A stretch of DNA of 64,000 nucleotides from Rebecca billardiae RCC1528 (Eukaryota > Protista > Haptophyta). The translations under genes and the position numbers were made by a program. Under the pieces are notes generated by a model. It saw only the letters and a program-made list of their open reading frames with translations, was not told where the DNA came from and ran no database searches. Of this stretch, positions 1-12,200 are shown piece by piece (the first letter of the stretch is position 1; each line of letters opens with the position of its first letter). The stretch spans positions 992,001-1,056,000 of the forward strand of contig OZ251246.1 in the NCBI GenBank assembly GCA_965240325.2, read 5' to 3'.

Positions 1-3000
1 GAAGGACAGCCCAAGCTCCGAGCCCGCCGCGCGCTGTAGAGCGTGCGCCGCCGCCGCGGCGGTCGTCGGCTCGTCGGCCGCGCCCGGCGCGGTGGGCAGT
101 GCGGCGGCGAGCTGCGGCAGCGCGAGCACCGCCGCCTCGACGAAGCGCCGGTCCTTCTCCGCCAGCGCGCGCAGCGCGCGGCGCAGCCCCTCGATGTGCC
201 GCGTCGCGCGCTGCAGCGGCGTCGCGTCCGCCGCGGCCGCGTACGCCGCGAGCTGCTCCTCCAGCAGATGCAGCATCTCAAGCCCGCCGCCGCCGTCGTG
301 CGCTGCCGCGAAGCTGGCCAGGTCGTCGGAGAGGCGCGCGATCATGCCGCGGCCGACGCGCGTGCGCGCGAGCGGCTGCGCCGAGAGGTCGAACGGCAGG
401 CGCGACGGCGTCGTGCCCGCCGGCTTGGCCGGCCGTCGGCCGACGTACGTGGCCAGCCCGATCGGCGCGAGCGGCAGCGTGGAGAAGGCGCGGGCGTCCG
501 CCTCGGAGACCGCGAGCGTGGCGGCGTGGACGGAGCCCGACGCGATGGAGGAGGCGGGCTGCACCGCGCGCAGCGTGGCGAGCGGGGGCTCCGAGCCCGC
601 CGTCGCCAGCTCGGCGGCGAGCGTCGTCGGCGCGAGCCAGCGCCGCTCGCGCGCCGAGAGCGGAGGCGGCGCGCCGTCGAGCAGGTCGGCAGCCGAGCCG
701 CCGCCGCCGCCGGCCGCGCCGGCCGTGCCGCCGCCCACGCGCGCGAGCGCCGCGAGCGTCGCGGCGGAGACGCGCACCGAGTCCGGCGGCGAGTAGAGCG
801 AGGGCACCTGCGGCCAGTGCAGCTGGCCCGACTTGGTCGAGAGCGCGCCGCGCACCTGGCGCGCGCGCGGCGCGTGCGCGCAGAGAGGGGCGGGCAGGCG
901 CGGGCGCGCGCGCAGCGCGGTCGGCGGCGGCGTCGGCGTCGGCGTCGGCGGCGCGGCACGGCGTCGCGTGCGCGGTCGGCGCGCGCGGCGGCGGCGCGGC
1001 GGCCCACCTGCGCGAGCAGGTCCTTCACGATGTCCTGCCCCTTGAAGATGGTCGAGATCTTGAACTTGCGCGTGTCCTCGAACCTCGGCATGGTGGGCGC
1101 CACGTGCGGGTTGGCCGCCAGCACTCGCAGGATGGAGATGAGCGCGCCCTCCTTGTTGGTCTCGGCGGGCGGGAGCATGCGGAGGAGGGCGCAGCCCCAC
1201 GCGTACCCCGTGTCCGTCGGCAGCACGCGCAGCGCGAGCGAGCCCGTCATCAGCTCGTACAGGAAGAGGAAGCCCAGCGAGTCGCGCCCGCCGCCCAGCT
1301 CGAGCCCGTGAGCCAGCCAGCGGCGCAGCGCGCCCACCGCGGCGCTGCCCTCGAGCGAGTCGGGCTCGGGGCGGGTGTACGAGAGCGTGCCGAAGCCGGA
1401 GGCCCAGGAGGACTTCTCGGCGAGCAGGCAGGTGCGGTCGACCACCAGGTCGAACGCGCTCGAGACGCTCGCGCCCGCCTCGGGCTGCGCGGGCGGGCGC
1501 ACGCGCACGGCAAACGAGCGTGCGCCGTGCCCCGCCGCCGCGCCCGCCGTGAGCGCTCGCAGCAGCGCGAGTCGGTTGCCGATCTCGGTGGGGACGGAGG
1601 CGCCGGCGGCCTGCCGCGCGTACCGCTCGAGCAGCCGCGTCTCCTCCAGCGGCGACAGCCGGCACGCCGCCGAGAGCAGCGAGTGCTGCACCACGTACGG
1701 CTCGAGATCCAATCTCGTGTCCCACGGAAACGCCACGCCCGCCGCGCTGCCGCCCAGCCACTCGCCCAGCCGCAGCCGGACGGCGCGGAGGTCGGGCGGG
1801 CAGGTGGGCGTGGGCGCGAGCAGCCGGCAGAGGCGCGCGAAGAGCTGCGACGCGTCGGCGCCGTACGGCGTGTCGTCGCCGCACGCGGGCACCAGCTCCA
1901 CCGCGCGCGTGTACTCCGCGCGCAGCAGCCGCACGGTGAGCAAGTAGAGCGCCGCTGCGGCCGAGGGCGGGGTGAGCATCGCGCGCGACGGGTGGACGGA
2001 GAAGAGGAAGGAGGACGAGGCGGGGCCGAGGTTGGACACCCACGCGGAGCCGCCGGGGACGAAGGTGCACAGCGGCGCGGAGGCGGGCGCGGCGTGCGGC
2101 CGCGCCACGGGCACCATCGCCCCCGACACCAGCGCCGCCAACCGCCCCTCCGAAGACTCAAGCAGCACATGCGGTACGCCCGCGAGCAGCCGAGCGACGC
2201 GCGCGCACCGCGTCGCGCTCGCGTTCGCGCCCGAGATGAACATGCCCGTGTGCTCGTCGGACCAGAGGCGCATGCGCCCGGCCGCGCCGCCGCCGCCGCC
2301 GCCCTCGTCCGCGCCGCCCGCCGCCGCCGCGCGCGCGCGGAACCGCAGCCGCAGCCTCGGCAGCTCGACCATCTCAGCGCGCGCCGCGTCGGCTGCCGCC
2401 CCCACCGGCGCAGACGTCCAGAGGAGGACGTGGGAGAGGGCCTCGAGCGGGGCGAGGGCGAGGGCGAGGGCGCCGGCGGGCGTCTGCGGCGAGGCGGTGA
2501 GCGTGTGCAGCAGCGTGAGCGTCGGCCGCCCCTCGTCCACCTCCGCGCGCAGCAGGTCCGCTCCTTTGAGCGGCACGCGCTGCACGAGCGCGCGCGGCCC
2601 GGCGCCGACCGCGCACGCGGCCGCCTCGTCCGCGCCGCCGCCGCCGCCGCCGCCGCCGCCGGTCGCGCAGCCGGCGGCGAGCGTGACGCGCAGGATGTGC
2701 ACGTCGTCCGCCGCCTCGGCCTCCGCCTCCGCCGCCGCCGCGATCGCGGCGGCCGCCGCGTTTGCGTTTGCCGTCGCCTGGTCGACCGCCGCGGCGGCGG
2801 CGCCGCCCTCCTTGCCGCCGCCGCCGCCGCCGCCGCCGCCCTTGGCGCCGCCGCCGAGCATGGCGCGCGCGCCCAGCGCGGTCGCGCCGGCGGCGCTCGG
2901 CTTGCGCGGCTTGCGCGGGTAGCCCACCAGGTCGAAGCTCCTCGCCGTGCGCCAGAACACGTAGCGCGTGAGCAGCCCGTCCGGCAGCACGCCGCGCAGC

Positions 3001-4023
3001 AGCTCGGGCGGTACGTACTCCTGCACGCCACACGCGGCGCTCAGCTCGCGGACGATGACGAGGGAGGCGGCGGGCGGCGGCGGCGCGGGCGCGCGGCGTG
3101 GCGAGGAGGGGCCGAGGTCGGCGAGGCACCACTGCGCGGAGGACGACCACACCAGCTGGCGGTACGTCCGCCGGCCGTGCGAGACGAGGTCGAAGGCCAT
3201 CACGACACGCGTCGCGCGCACCAGCAGCGCCTCGCGCACAGCTGTCTTCACGCCGCCGCCGCCGCCGCCGAGCGCGGAGCCCTCCGAGGGCGCGGTGGGC
3301 AGCTCGATGGCGAGGATGGCGTACGGCGCGGCGGACGTGTCCGCCGGCGGCAGCGTCACCACCGCGCCCGGCGGCGCGATCGCCTCGCGCGCGCGCTCGA
3401 ACGCCGTGTGCACCCAGCCCTCCGACGAGCGTAGCCCTCGCGGGTACGCGCGCCCGCGCCCGTCGAAGGGCGCGGGCGGCGGCGTGCGCGAGGGCGCGTG
3501 GTAGCGGATGTCGTGCCGCAGCCCCGGCAGCCGCACCCAGCGCGCGGTGGCCGAGGTGGCCACCTCGATGCACTGGATCACCTCGTCGGTCGGCATCCGT
3601 CCCATCGCGTCCTGCAGATGCGGGTGGCCGCGGATGTACGGCGGCAGCGGCGAGAGGTGGTGTCTCTGAAGCGTGAGCTGGCCCAGCTGCACGTTGATCT
3701 CGGTGCGCACGTCGCGCTCGGCCGCGCGGCGCAGCCACGAGGCGTACGACTCGCCCGGCTCGGGCGTGGGCTCGTCGAGCAGCGGCGACTCCGCCTTGGG
3801 CACGAAGCGGCCCGCGCCGCCCGGCCCGCGCAGGCACGCCCAGTCGCGCGGCTCCAGCTTGATGGCGAGGGCGCTCGCGGCCGCGGTGTTGGCGCGGCCG
3901 ACGTTGGCCACGGTCGCCTCCATGATGCGCCCCGCCTCGGCGGGGTGCGCGCTCAGCCACGCGAGCACGCCGTTGCGCTGCGCCTGGAAGAGCGCCATCA
4001 GCTCGGTGACTGGGACGCCGAGC

Positions 4024-4088
<65 letters not shown>

Positions 4089-7000
4089 GGCGCCGCCGCC
4101 CGCCGAGCCCTCGGCGTCGACGGCGTGGCGGCGCGAGACGCGCGCCGCGCCCGCGCCGTCCGCGCCCGCCGCCGCGCCGCCGCCAGCCCCGCCGAACGGC
4201 GCGGCGCCGCCCACGTCGAGCCCGAACTCATGGTTACTCATCAAAAAGACCTGCGCTGTCACGAGCGTCTTCACGCACCCAAAGTCGAGCGAGTCCGGGC
4301 CGGTGGTCCGGTGCACGATGGCCAGGTGCGCGTGCAGCATGCAGCACGTGCGCTGGTCGGCGTCCTTGAAGGCGCGCGTGAGCCAGCCGCTGAGCATCGG
4401 CACGACGGAGCTCCGGATCGCCTCGCGCAGCGCGGCCGTGCGCTCGCGCAGCACGCCGAGCGTGCGCGCATCCGGCACGTGCACAAACGCCGCGCGCCCC
4501 GCCGTGCCGTCGCCGCCGCACGCGTCCAGCGCCACGGCTGCGTACGACTCGACGCGCACGGCCAGGCGCACGACGTACAGCGCGGCGCCCACGTGCGCGG
4601 CGGTGTGGTGCCCCGTGTCCAGCTCGGTGACCAGCGTGAGCAGCGTCAGCAGCGGCGCGAGCGTGCCTTCCGGGCAGTGCAGCAGCTCGTTGAACAGGAG
4701 ACCGGCCGGCGTGGCGAGGTGCGCGCGCGCCGCGGCGATCGCGGCGGAGGCGGCGCCGCGCGCCGCGGCCGCGCCCTCGGCGCCGCCGCCGCCGCGCGCC
4801 TCCTTGGCCGACGGCAGCTGCACCGGCGGCGGGATCAGCTCGGGCAGCGGCCGCGCCGATCCCTCCTGCCACAGCCCGGGCTCGAAGAGCGCGCCGTCCA
4901 GCGCGCCCTGCAGCTCGTCGACCCCCAGCGAGAGCACGCGCTCCGCGTGCGCGAAGAAGCTGCGCTCGGCGGCACGGCGGGCGGGGCGGAGGCGGGGAGG
5001 GGGGCGGCGCCACGGGCGGGGCGGGTCGGGCGCCGAGCGCGCGCGGCGCGGGGGCGGCGGCGGCGGCGGCGGCGCTCGCGCGCCGCGCGCGCGCGCGCGC
5101 GCCGCACCGCAGCAGCAGCGGCAGCCGCAGGTACGGCGCCGTGAGGTAGCACAGCAGCAGCTCGACCTCGCGCGCGCGCAGCAGCCCGCCGCACTCCGGA
5201 AGCGCCTTCAGCCCGAGCACGTCGTCCTCCGACTGGACGAGCTGGCCACACAGCGTCGACGGGTCCGCTCCCGAGGGTGGAGCGCGCGGCTTCGCCAGGC
5301 CGAGGAAATGCGCCACGCGCCCGAGCATCGACGACGAGCCCGACGCGCCGCCCGCCGCGGCGCGCTCCTCCGCGTCGCGCGAGGCCTGCGTGCGCGCGCG
5401 CGCGCGAGTTGAGAGCGCGAGCGTGCGGCCGCCGCGGCCGCACGCGCCGGGCGCGCGCGCAGGGCGCGCCCATCGCCCTCGGCGCGGAGGCGGGATCGCG
5501 CGCGCGCGCGCGCGCGCGCGGTGGGGGTGCGCCGAGGCGCACCTTCGCCATCTCCGCGCAGTCGAGCGCGCGCCGGAAGCCCGACACCTCGAGCGCGTGC
5601 GCCGTCGCCGGCGCGGTCGCCGCGCCGGACGAGCCGCCCGCGGGCGCGCGCACGCTCCAGCGCAGTAGCGCGTCCGCGGGCGACCACGCGCGCACCTCGG
5701 GCAGGCTGTCGGACGTCGGCACCATGAGCAGCTTGAGGAAGAAGACGATGTCGCGGCACAGCGCGAGCTCCGGGTAGTTGCGCACCAGCGCGGGCCGCTC
5801 GCCCGTCAGGTAGCCGGGCAGCACGTCGCCGCCGCGCGGGAAGCCCGCGGCCAGGCACAGCTGGTCGAGCAGCGCCGCGTCCCCGGCGCACACGCGCATT
5901 CGGTCCTCGAGCTGCAGGATGGTGTTCTGCGGCGGGACGACGTGGTCGCGCAGCGCGGCGAAGTAGCGCAGCACGCGCGCGCGGCACAGCGTCAGCTGCG
6001 GCGAGCTCAGCTCGAGGTTCTCCGACTCGATCGCGTAGCGCCCCAGCTCGAAGCCGAACGGCGCGGTCGGCCCGCCCGCCACGCCGGCGTAGTGCGTGCA
6101 GAACAGCGATGGTGTGTCGTGCACGCGCGCGCGGAGGACGGCGTCGGCGATGGCGGCGATGCACGCCATCGTGGTGAGGCGCTCGCCGTCGAACGAGCGC
6201 GTCACCTTGAGCGAGAAGCACGCGCACGCGTAGTGCTCGCACGCCAGCTGCAGCAGCCGCAGCAGCTGCGACTGCACCGCGCCGCGCATCACGCCCGCCG
6301 ACCAGAAACAGCCCGGCGCGGGCGCGCCGCCGCGCGCGGGCGGGAGCGGCAGCGGGAGGACGCGCGTGAAGAGGTGGCCGATCAGCGCCGCGCGCCGCGC
6401 GTACGTGTGCTGCACCGCCGCCTGCTGGTTCGCCAGCAGGTTGCACAGGTGCACCGCGTCGTGCAGCGCGGCCGCGGCGGCATCAAACGTGGAGACGGAA
6501 TCTGGTACCCTCGAGAGGTCGACTGGCAGCAGGATGGGGGCGTCGGTGGCCTTGCCGCCGTCGGCCTCGGCGGCGGGCGGCTCGCGCAGCCGCTCGAGCA
6601 GCGGGTGCGCGCACGCGCCGCCGCGCGCCGCCGCCAGGTCGATCTCGTCCATCGACGGCCGCTGCAGATGCTCGGGCTCGTCGTCCGACGCCGAGATTGA
6701 ATCTGCCGAGAGCGCGCCGCCGCCGCCGCCGCCGGTGCCGCCGCCGTCCGAGCCGCCGAGGCTGTCGGCGAAGGCGGCCTCCGCGGAGCCGCCGCCGCCG
6801 CCTGCCTGCCCCCCCTCCGCCCCGCCGCCGCCGCCGCCGCCGCCGGGCAGCGCGCCCACCGCCGCGTCGAGCCCGATGGCGGACGCCACGTCGTCCGCCT
6901 CCGCGGGCAGCGCTCCCAGCAGCGAGACGACCGTCTCGTGCACGGCGAGGAGCTGGGAGGAGGGCGGCGCCGCGCCGTGCGGGGCGGCGCTGTGCACGTC

Positions 7001-8365
7001 GCCCAGCGCGCGGCACGTCGCGTGCGCCGCGGCGCGCAGCACCGCCGCGTCCGCCGCGGTGAGCACGCCGCCCGCGCCCGCGCCGCCCGGCGCGGCGCTC
7101 AGCCGCCGCTGCAGTCCTCCCAGCAGCCCGCCGCCGCCGCCGCCGCCGCCGTGCACGCCGAGGCGGTCGGCGTGCGTCTCGAGCTGCGCCTTCGCGGCCA
7201 TGAGCAGCGCCCACCGCCCCAGCGCCGCCGCGTGCGCCGCCTCGTGCGCCGCCAGCCCGTGCGCGCGCAGCAGCGCCACCGCCGTCTCCTCTGCGAGCGC
7301 GGCGCGGCTCGCCGGCCGCGGCGGGCGGCGCGCCGGCTCGAGCGGAAGCTCCAAGTCTGTGCGCCAGTCGGCGTCGGCGGGGTTGACGTTCGCGAGCGCG
7401 GGGCGCTCGTTCGCGAAGGGCAGCAGCACCGCGTACACGTCGCGCGGCCCCAGCCGCCCCTCGGGCATCAGCAGCAGCCGGTAGAGCAGCACCCAGAACG
7501 GAGACTCCACCAGCCGAGCGCGAGGCACGCCGCGCTGCCGCAGCGCGGGCGCGTACTGCGTGCGGCCGGAGGAGGGGTCGACGGAGAGGCCGTGGTACTC
7601 GCGGCCGCGCTCGGTGTTCACCGTCGTCAGCGTGAACGAGCCGTCGTGCTCGTACGTCACCACGTGCACCAGCAGCTGCAGGCCGACGGCGCCCGCGGCC
7701 GCGCCGCCGGCCGCGCCGTCCGCGCCGCCACCCTCGGGCGGCGCCCACCAGCCTCCCGGGACCGCGAGCGACTCGCCCTGGCGCAGCCCGTTGAGCCGGC
7801 TCACCACGTCGGCGACGAAGGAGAGGAACGCCGAGTCGTCCTTCCGCGCGCCGAGCAGCGTGCGCAGCAGCGACGACAGCCCGCCCAGCGCGTCGGCCGC
7901 GCGCGCGAGCTCGAGCGAGCCCGCCTCGGCGTGCAGTGCGAGCAGAGCGCCACGCTGCAGCTCGCACGCGCCGCGCAGCGCCTCGACCTCCTCCTCCGCG
8001 CTGCTCGGCGGGCGCTCGGGCGCGCCGTCGACGCCCGCCGGGCCGAACGGCTTCGCCCCGCCGCTCGCCGACGCGTAGAACCCGCAGAACGACGGCTGCC
8101 GCCAGAGATAGGCGCTGCCGGACGCGGCGGCCGCACGCGAGGCGGCGCCCATCGCGCGCACGCGCCGCAGCGCGTCGCCCGCGGACGAGGCGCCGCCCGC
8201 CCAGCCGCCGCCGCCGCCGCCGCCGCCGCCGAACGCGGCGTGCTGCTGCGCCGGCTGCGCGTACGAGCTCGACGCCGCGGGCTGCAGGCTGTCCGCGAAC
8301 GCGCTCAGCTGCTGCTGCGGCGGCGGCTGCTGCTGCGGCTGCGGCCGCGGCTGCGGCTGCGGCTG

Positions 8366-8398
<33 letters not shown>

Positions 8399-9028
8399 GA
8401 AGGCATCAAAGCCGGCGAACGAGCCGCCGCCGCCGCCGACAGTGCCACCGGCAGAGCCCAGCTGCTTCGCCGGCTCGGGGAACGCCGCGAACGAGCCGCC
8501 GCCCAGCTGCGGCGGCGGCTGCGGCAGTGACTGCGCGGCCGTGCGCGCCGCCGCCGCGCCGCCTGCCGCCGCGGCCGACGGCTGCAAGGGCGGGAGGGCG
8601 GGCAGCGGCTGGCGGGCGGGCTGCGCCTGGGGCTGCTGCTGCGGCGCGCGGGCTGACGCGCCCGCTGCCGCCGCCGTCGGCATCAGCGGGCTCTGCCCGC
8701 ACGCGCTGCCGGCGCCCGTCAGGTGCGCGGCGCCGGCCGCGCGCGCCGTGTGCGAGCCGGCGGCGCCGGCCCCCACGGGCGAGGGGGTGGGCGCGGGCGC
8801 GCGCGCGCTGGCGGGCGGTGTCGTCGCGCCCGGCTGCGCCGCGCCGCCCGCGCGCGGCAGCTTGCGCACGTACGAGGACGGGAACCAGCCGGTGCGGCCG
8901 TTCAGCCGGCCGAGTGCCCACGGCTCCTGGTCGCGCAGGACCTCGATGGTGACGCCCGGCTTGAACGGGAGGTGCGTCGAGTCGTTCGAGGCGTACTCGT
9001 ACAGCGTGGTCGCGAGGAGCGTCGACAT
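1..9028 (-). CDS. Giant multi-exon protein: N-terminal SH3 domain, Pro/Gln/Ala linker, then a conserved body resembling the large DUF3638/DUF3645-type protist proteins; 3' end lies beyond position 1
   Basis: ATG at 9028 gives MSTLLATTLYEYASNDSTHLPFKPGVTIEVLRDQEPWALGRLNGRTGWFPSSYV (SH3 signatures LYEY, W-x-G, GWFPSSYV). Frame-consistent GT-AG introns at 5542-5386, 5107-4960 and 1007-856 join the ORFs 4835..9208, 4234..5328, 342..4937 and an open frame running to position 1. Blocks such as LTAPYLRLPLLLRFF, ALFEPGLW and LGFLFLYEL are recalled from that family. The DUF domains themselves are not seen in the window. Confidence 0.75.
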
Positions 9029-9262
9029 CGCTCGCCGCCGCGCCGCGCGCACGAGGGGACGGCGGCGGACGCTGCGTTCGGCCAAATCACGCGCAGGCGA
9101 CGACTGCTGGCTGTGCGCCTGCCGCCGCGCTCTCGCGCACGCGGACGGCTGCATCAGCATGGGGGCTGCCGGGCTGGTCTGATTTTCCATTTTCCGATAT
9201 TTTCGCACGCGCGCGGCCGCGGCGAGACCGAGTAACCACTGGCCGTCAAGGACTCGAGGGCC

Positions 9263-12200
9263 ATGGCGGCCGCCCTCTCGCCGACCCGGGCGGCGATGGC
9301 GGCGCGCGGCGCGCGCGCGGCGCAGAGCCCTGTCTCGTTCGCGCCGCAGGACGAGCTCGACGACCTCGTCTTCGCGCGCCAGCAGTCGAGCGCGGCCTCG
9401 CGCGTCGCGGCCGCGTGGAAGGGGCGAACTGTGCGCAGGCGGCAGCCGAAGCGGCGCGTGCCCGTCGCGGCGCTGGTCACCTCGATCCGCGTGTCGAAGG
9501 GGCTGCGCGAGGGCCTCGCCTCCTTCCTCGCGTACGTCGCCTTCATGGCGATCACCGCCGTCTTCGTCTCGTCGCTCTCCGACCAGGACGCCGCGTTCAC
9601 CGTCGAGCGCCAGCTGCTAGACGTGTTTGACTGGCGGCTGCTGCACCCGCGCCGGGAGGACGTGCGCACGGTGGACACGCTGTGGGAGTACATCGGCGCG
9701 CTGCAGCGCGAGCTGTGGGACGGCGTCGACGACGTGCACGACCACGACGACCACGACGACGACGACGGCGCGAACGCCGCCGCGGCGCCGCCTCCGCCGC
9801 CGCCCGCGCCGCCGCCGTGCGCGTGGCTCGCCGAGCTGCCGAGCTCGCCGTGCTCCAACGCGGTGTGCGACCGCTTCTTCGACGAGCCGGCGTACGCGCT
9901 CGGCGGCGCGGACGAGGCGGCGTGCGACGCCGTGATCGACGCGCACTGCGCGCGCGCGCCCTCCGAGCCGATGTGCGCGCTCGTCGCGCGCGCGCGCGCG
10001 CGCGCGGCCGCGGGCTGCCTCTTTGGCGCGGCCGCGCCGACCAACCCGTGTCACAACGCCGTGTGCGCGGGCGTTGAGATCGCCAACGGCACCGTCGGCG
10101 CGCCGAACGGCTCGGCGGCCGCGTCGGCCGCGCCGCCGCTCGGCGCGTGCGCCGCAGTCGTGGCCGCGCACTGCGAGGCGCACCCGACTGAGCCGGGCTG
10201 CACGGAGCTGCCGCCCGCGGCCGGCGCGGCGGCGGCCGACAACAGCAGCGCGGCGGCGCAGGGCGGCGCGGCGCGGCGGGCGCTCGGCGACGCGCTCGGC
10301 GACGCGAGCGGCTTGGGAGCGGGCGTGGCGGCGGCGGCGTCTGCGGAGGGCTACTGGCGCGCGTATCGCGCGCTGCGCGCGCAGCTCCGCACCGACGCGC
10401 CCGCCGCGCCCGCGCCCAGTGCCGCCATCGCTGCCGCCGCCGCCGCCGCAGCGCCGTCACCCTCCGGCGGCGGCGCCGGGTCGTCGTCTGCCGCTGAGCG
10501 GTGGGCGCGGCCGGCCACGCGCGCCACGCGCGGGCGCGTGCTGCGCGCGGGCGCCGAGCCGGACCGCGTGGGCATGGTGGACTCGTCCAACCGCGCGATC
10601 GGCGCGCTGATGGTCTGGCAGGGCCGCTACCCGACGCAGCCGTGCACCAAGTTTCGGCACTACATACGCGAGTGCGTGCGGCCGCGCGGCGGGAGGGGTG
10701 GCGGGGAGAGCGAGGGCTCGGTCGAGCCGTTCGTGGGCCGCGTGTCGGGGCGGGAGTACCGGCCCGGGGTGTACAGCGCGGGGAACGAGAGCAACGCGAC
10801 CGAGCTGCAGACGGCAATGCGGATCCGCTCGGCGCTCGGCGCGGTGCCGCGCATCTCCGGCCGCGCCGTCGCCTCGCTCTGGTTCCTCGCGCTCTCCACG
10901 GGGAACTTTGCGGACGTGGGGCGCGCGGAGGCGGCCGCGCTGCTGGAGGAGAGGCGCGCGGACGGCTGGCTCGGCCACGCGACGGAGGAGGTCATCGTTG
11001 CGCTGGTGCGCGCGCGCCGCGCGCGCCGCGCGGCGGAGGCGGCCTGCTGGCCGGCCGCGCAGCCACGCGTTGCGTGTGCGCGCCCATCCACGGCCTCGCC
11101 CGGACTGGCCCCCCTAACCCTAGCCCTAACCCTATCCACATCCACGGCCTCGCCCGGACTGACCGCCGGGCGCGCGCATGCCATGTGCGCGCGATCGCAC
11201 GCGTGCTGCGCGCGTGCTGCGCGCGTGCTGTGTGCGTGCTGTGCGCGCGCGCGCGTGACTGCCTGCCTGACGCCCGCTCCCAGAACGTGTACAACGGCAA
11301 CCTGCTGCGCTTCGGCACGGTGCGCGCGCACTTCCGCTTCGAGGCGGGCGGCGTGGTGACGCGCACCCTGCAGGTCGCCTCCGTCCCCGCCAACTTTGGG
11401 CTGCAGGAGGTGAGCATCGCGCTCACCGTCGCAGTGCTGGTGCTGCTGAGCGCCGACTCGCTGCTGGTTGGCCGGCGCGTGCTGCTGCGCTGGTTCAGGT
11501 GGCAGGAGTCGCAGGCGCGCGAGTTCGAGGAGGAGAAACAGCGCCACCGCGCGCTGCTGCGCGCCGCGGCGGCGCGGCCCTCGCCCGAGGCGCGCCGCCG
11601 CGCGTTCGCCTCCACCCGCTCGCGTACCGGCACCCGACGCAAGCTGGCGGAGGTGGGCACGCTGCACGGGCACGAGGGCGCGCGCAGGCTGCGCGAGGCG
11701 GACGCCAAGGCGCGCCACCCGGTGTGGCTGGCGATCGAGGTGCTCGCCTCCGCCTCGCAGTGGGCGTACATGTACGTGCTGCTTCTGCTGGACGCGCAGA
11801 CGGCAGAGGCCAGCCTGGCGTTCCACCGCGTCGACGAGACGCTCGCCGACTCGCCGCGCGTGCCGTCCACCGACCTCGGCTTCGTGGCGGACAGCCTCCG
11901 CCTCACGTACAACGTGATGGACGCGGCGACGCTCTCGAACTACCTGGCCGCGGTCGCGAGCGTCACGATGGTGCTGGTGCGCGCGCGCACTGCGCGGGGC
12001 CCCGGTGCTGGTGCGCGCGCACACTGCGGTGCGCACTGCGCAGGGCGGGGCCCGTTGAGTGCGGCAGGCAGGCGGGGACGGGAGCGGGGGGTGGCAGGGG
12101 CGCGGCAGCTCAGCGCTCACCTCCGCGCGCCCGCCCGCGCCATGTCCGCGGTCCGCTGTCCGCGCCGCACGCGCCCGCCCCTCCCTTCCTCGCGACCCGC

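Noticed and set aside
8346-8390. (GGCTGC)n hexamer repeat
   Set aside because: Simply encodes the (PQ)n linker of the SH3 protein. The many (GCC)n runs likewise encode poly-Gly/Ala/Pro.
43-9235. Very long plus-strand ORFs (for example 99..3434, 3673..5412, 6938..8530)
   Set aside because: Arg/Ala/Pro-rich antisense or alternate-frame shadows of the real minus-strand gene, caused by stop-codon scarcity at very high GC. The same applies to most overlapping ORFs in the track.
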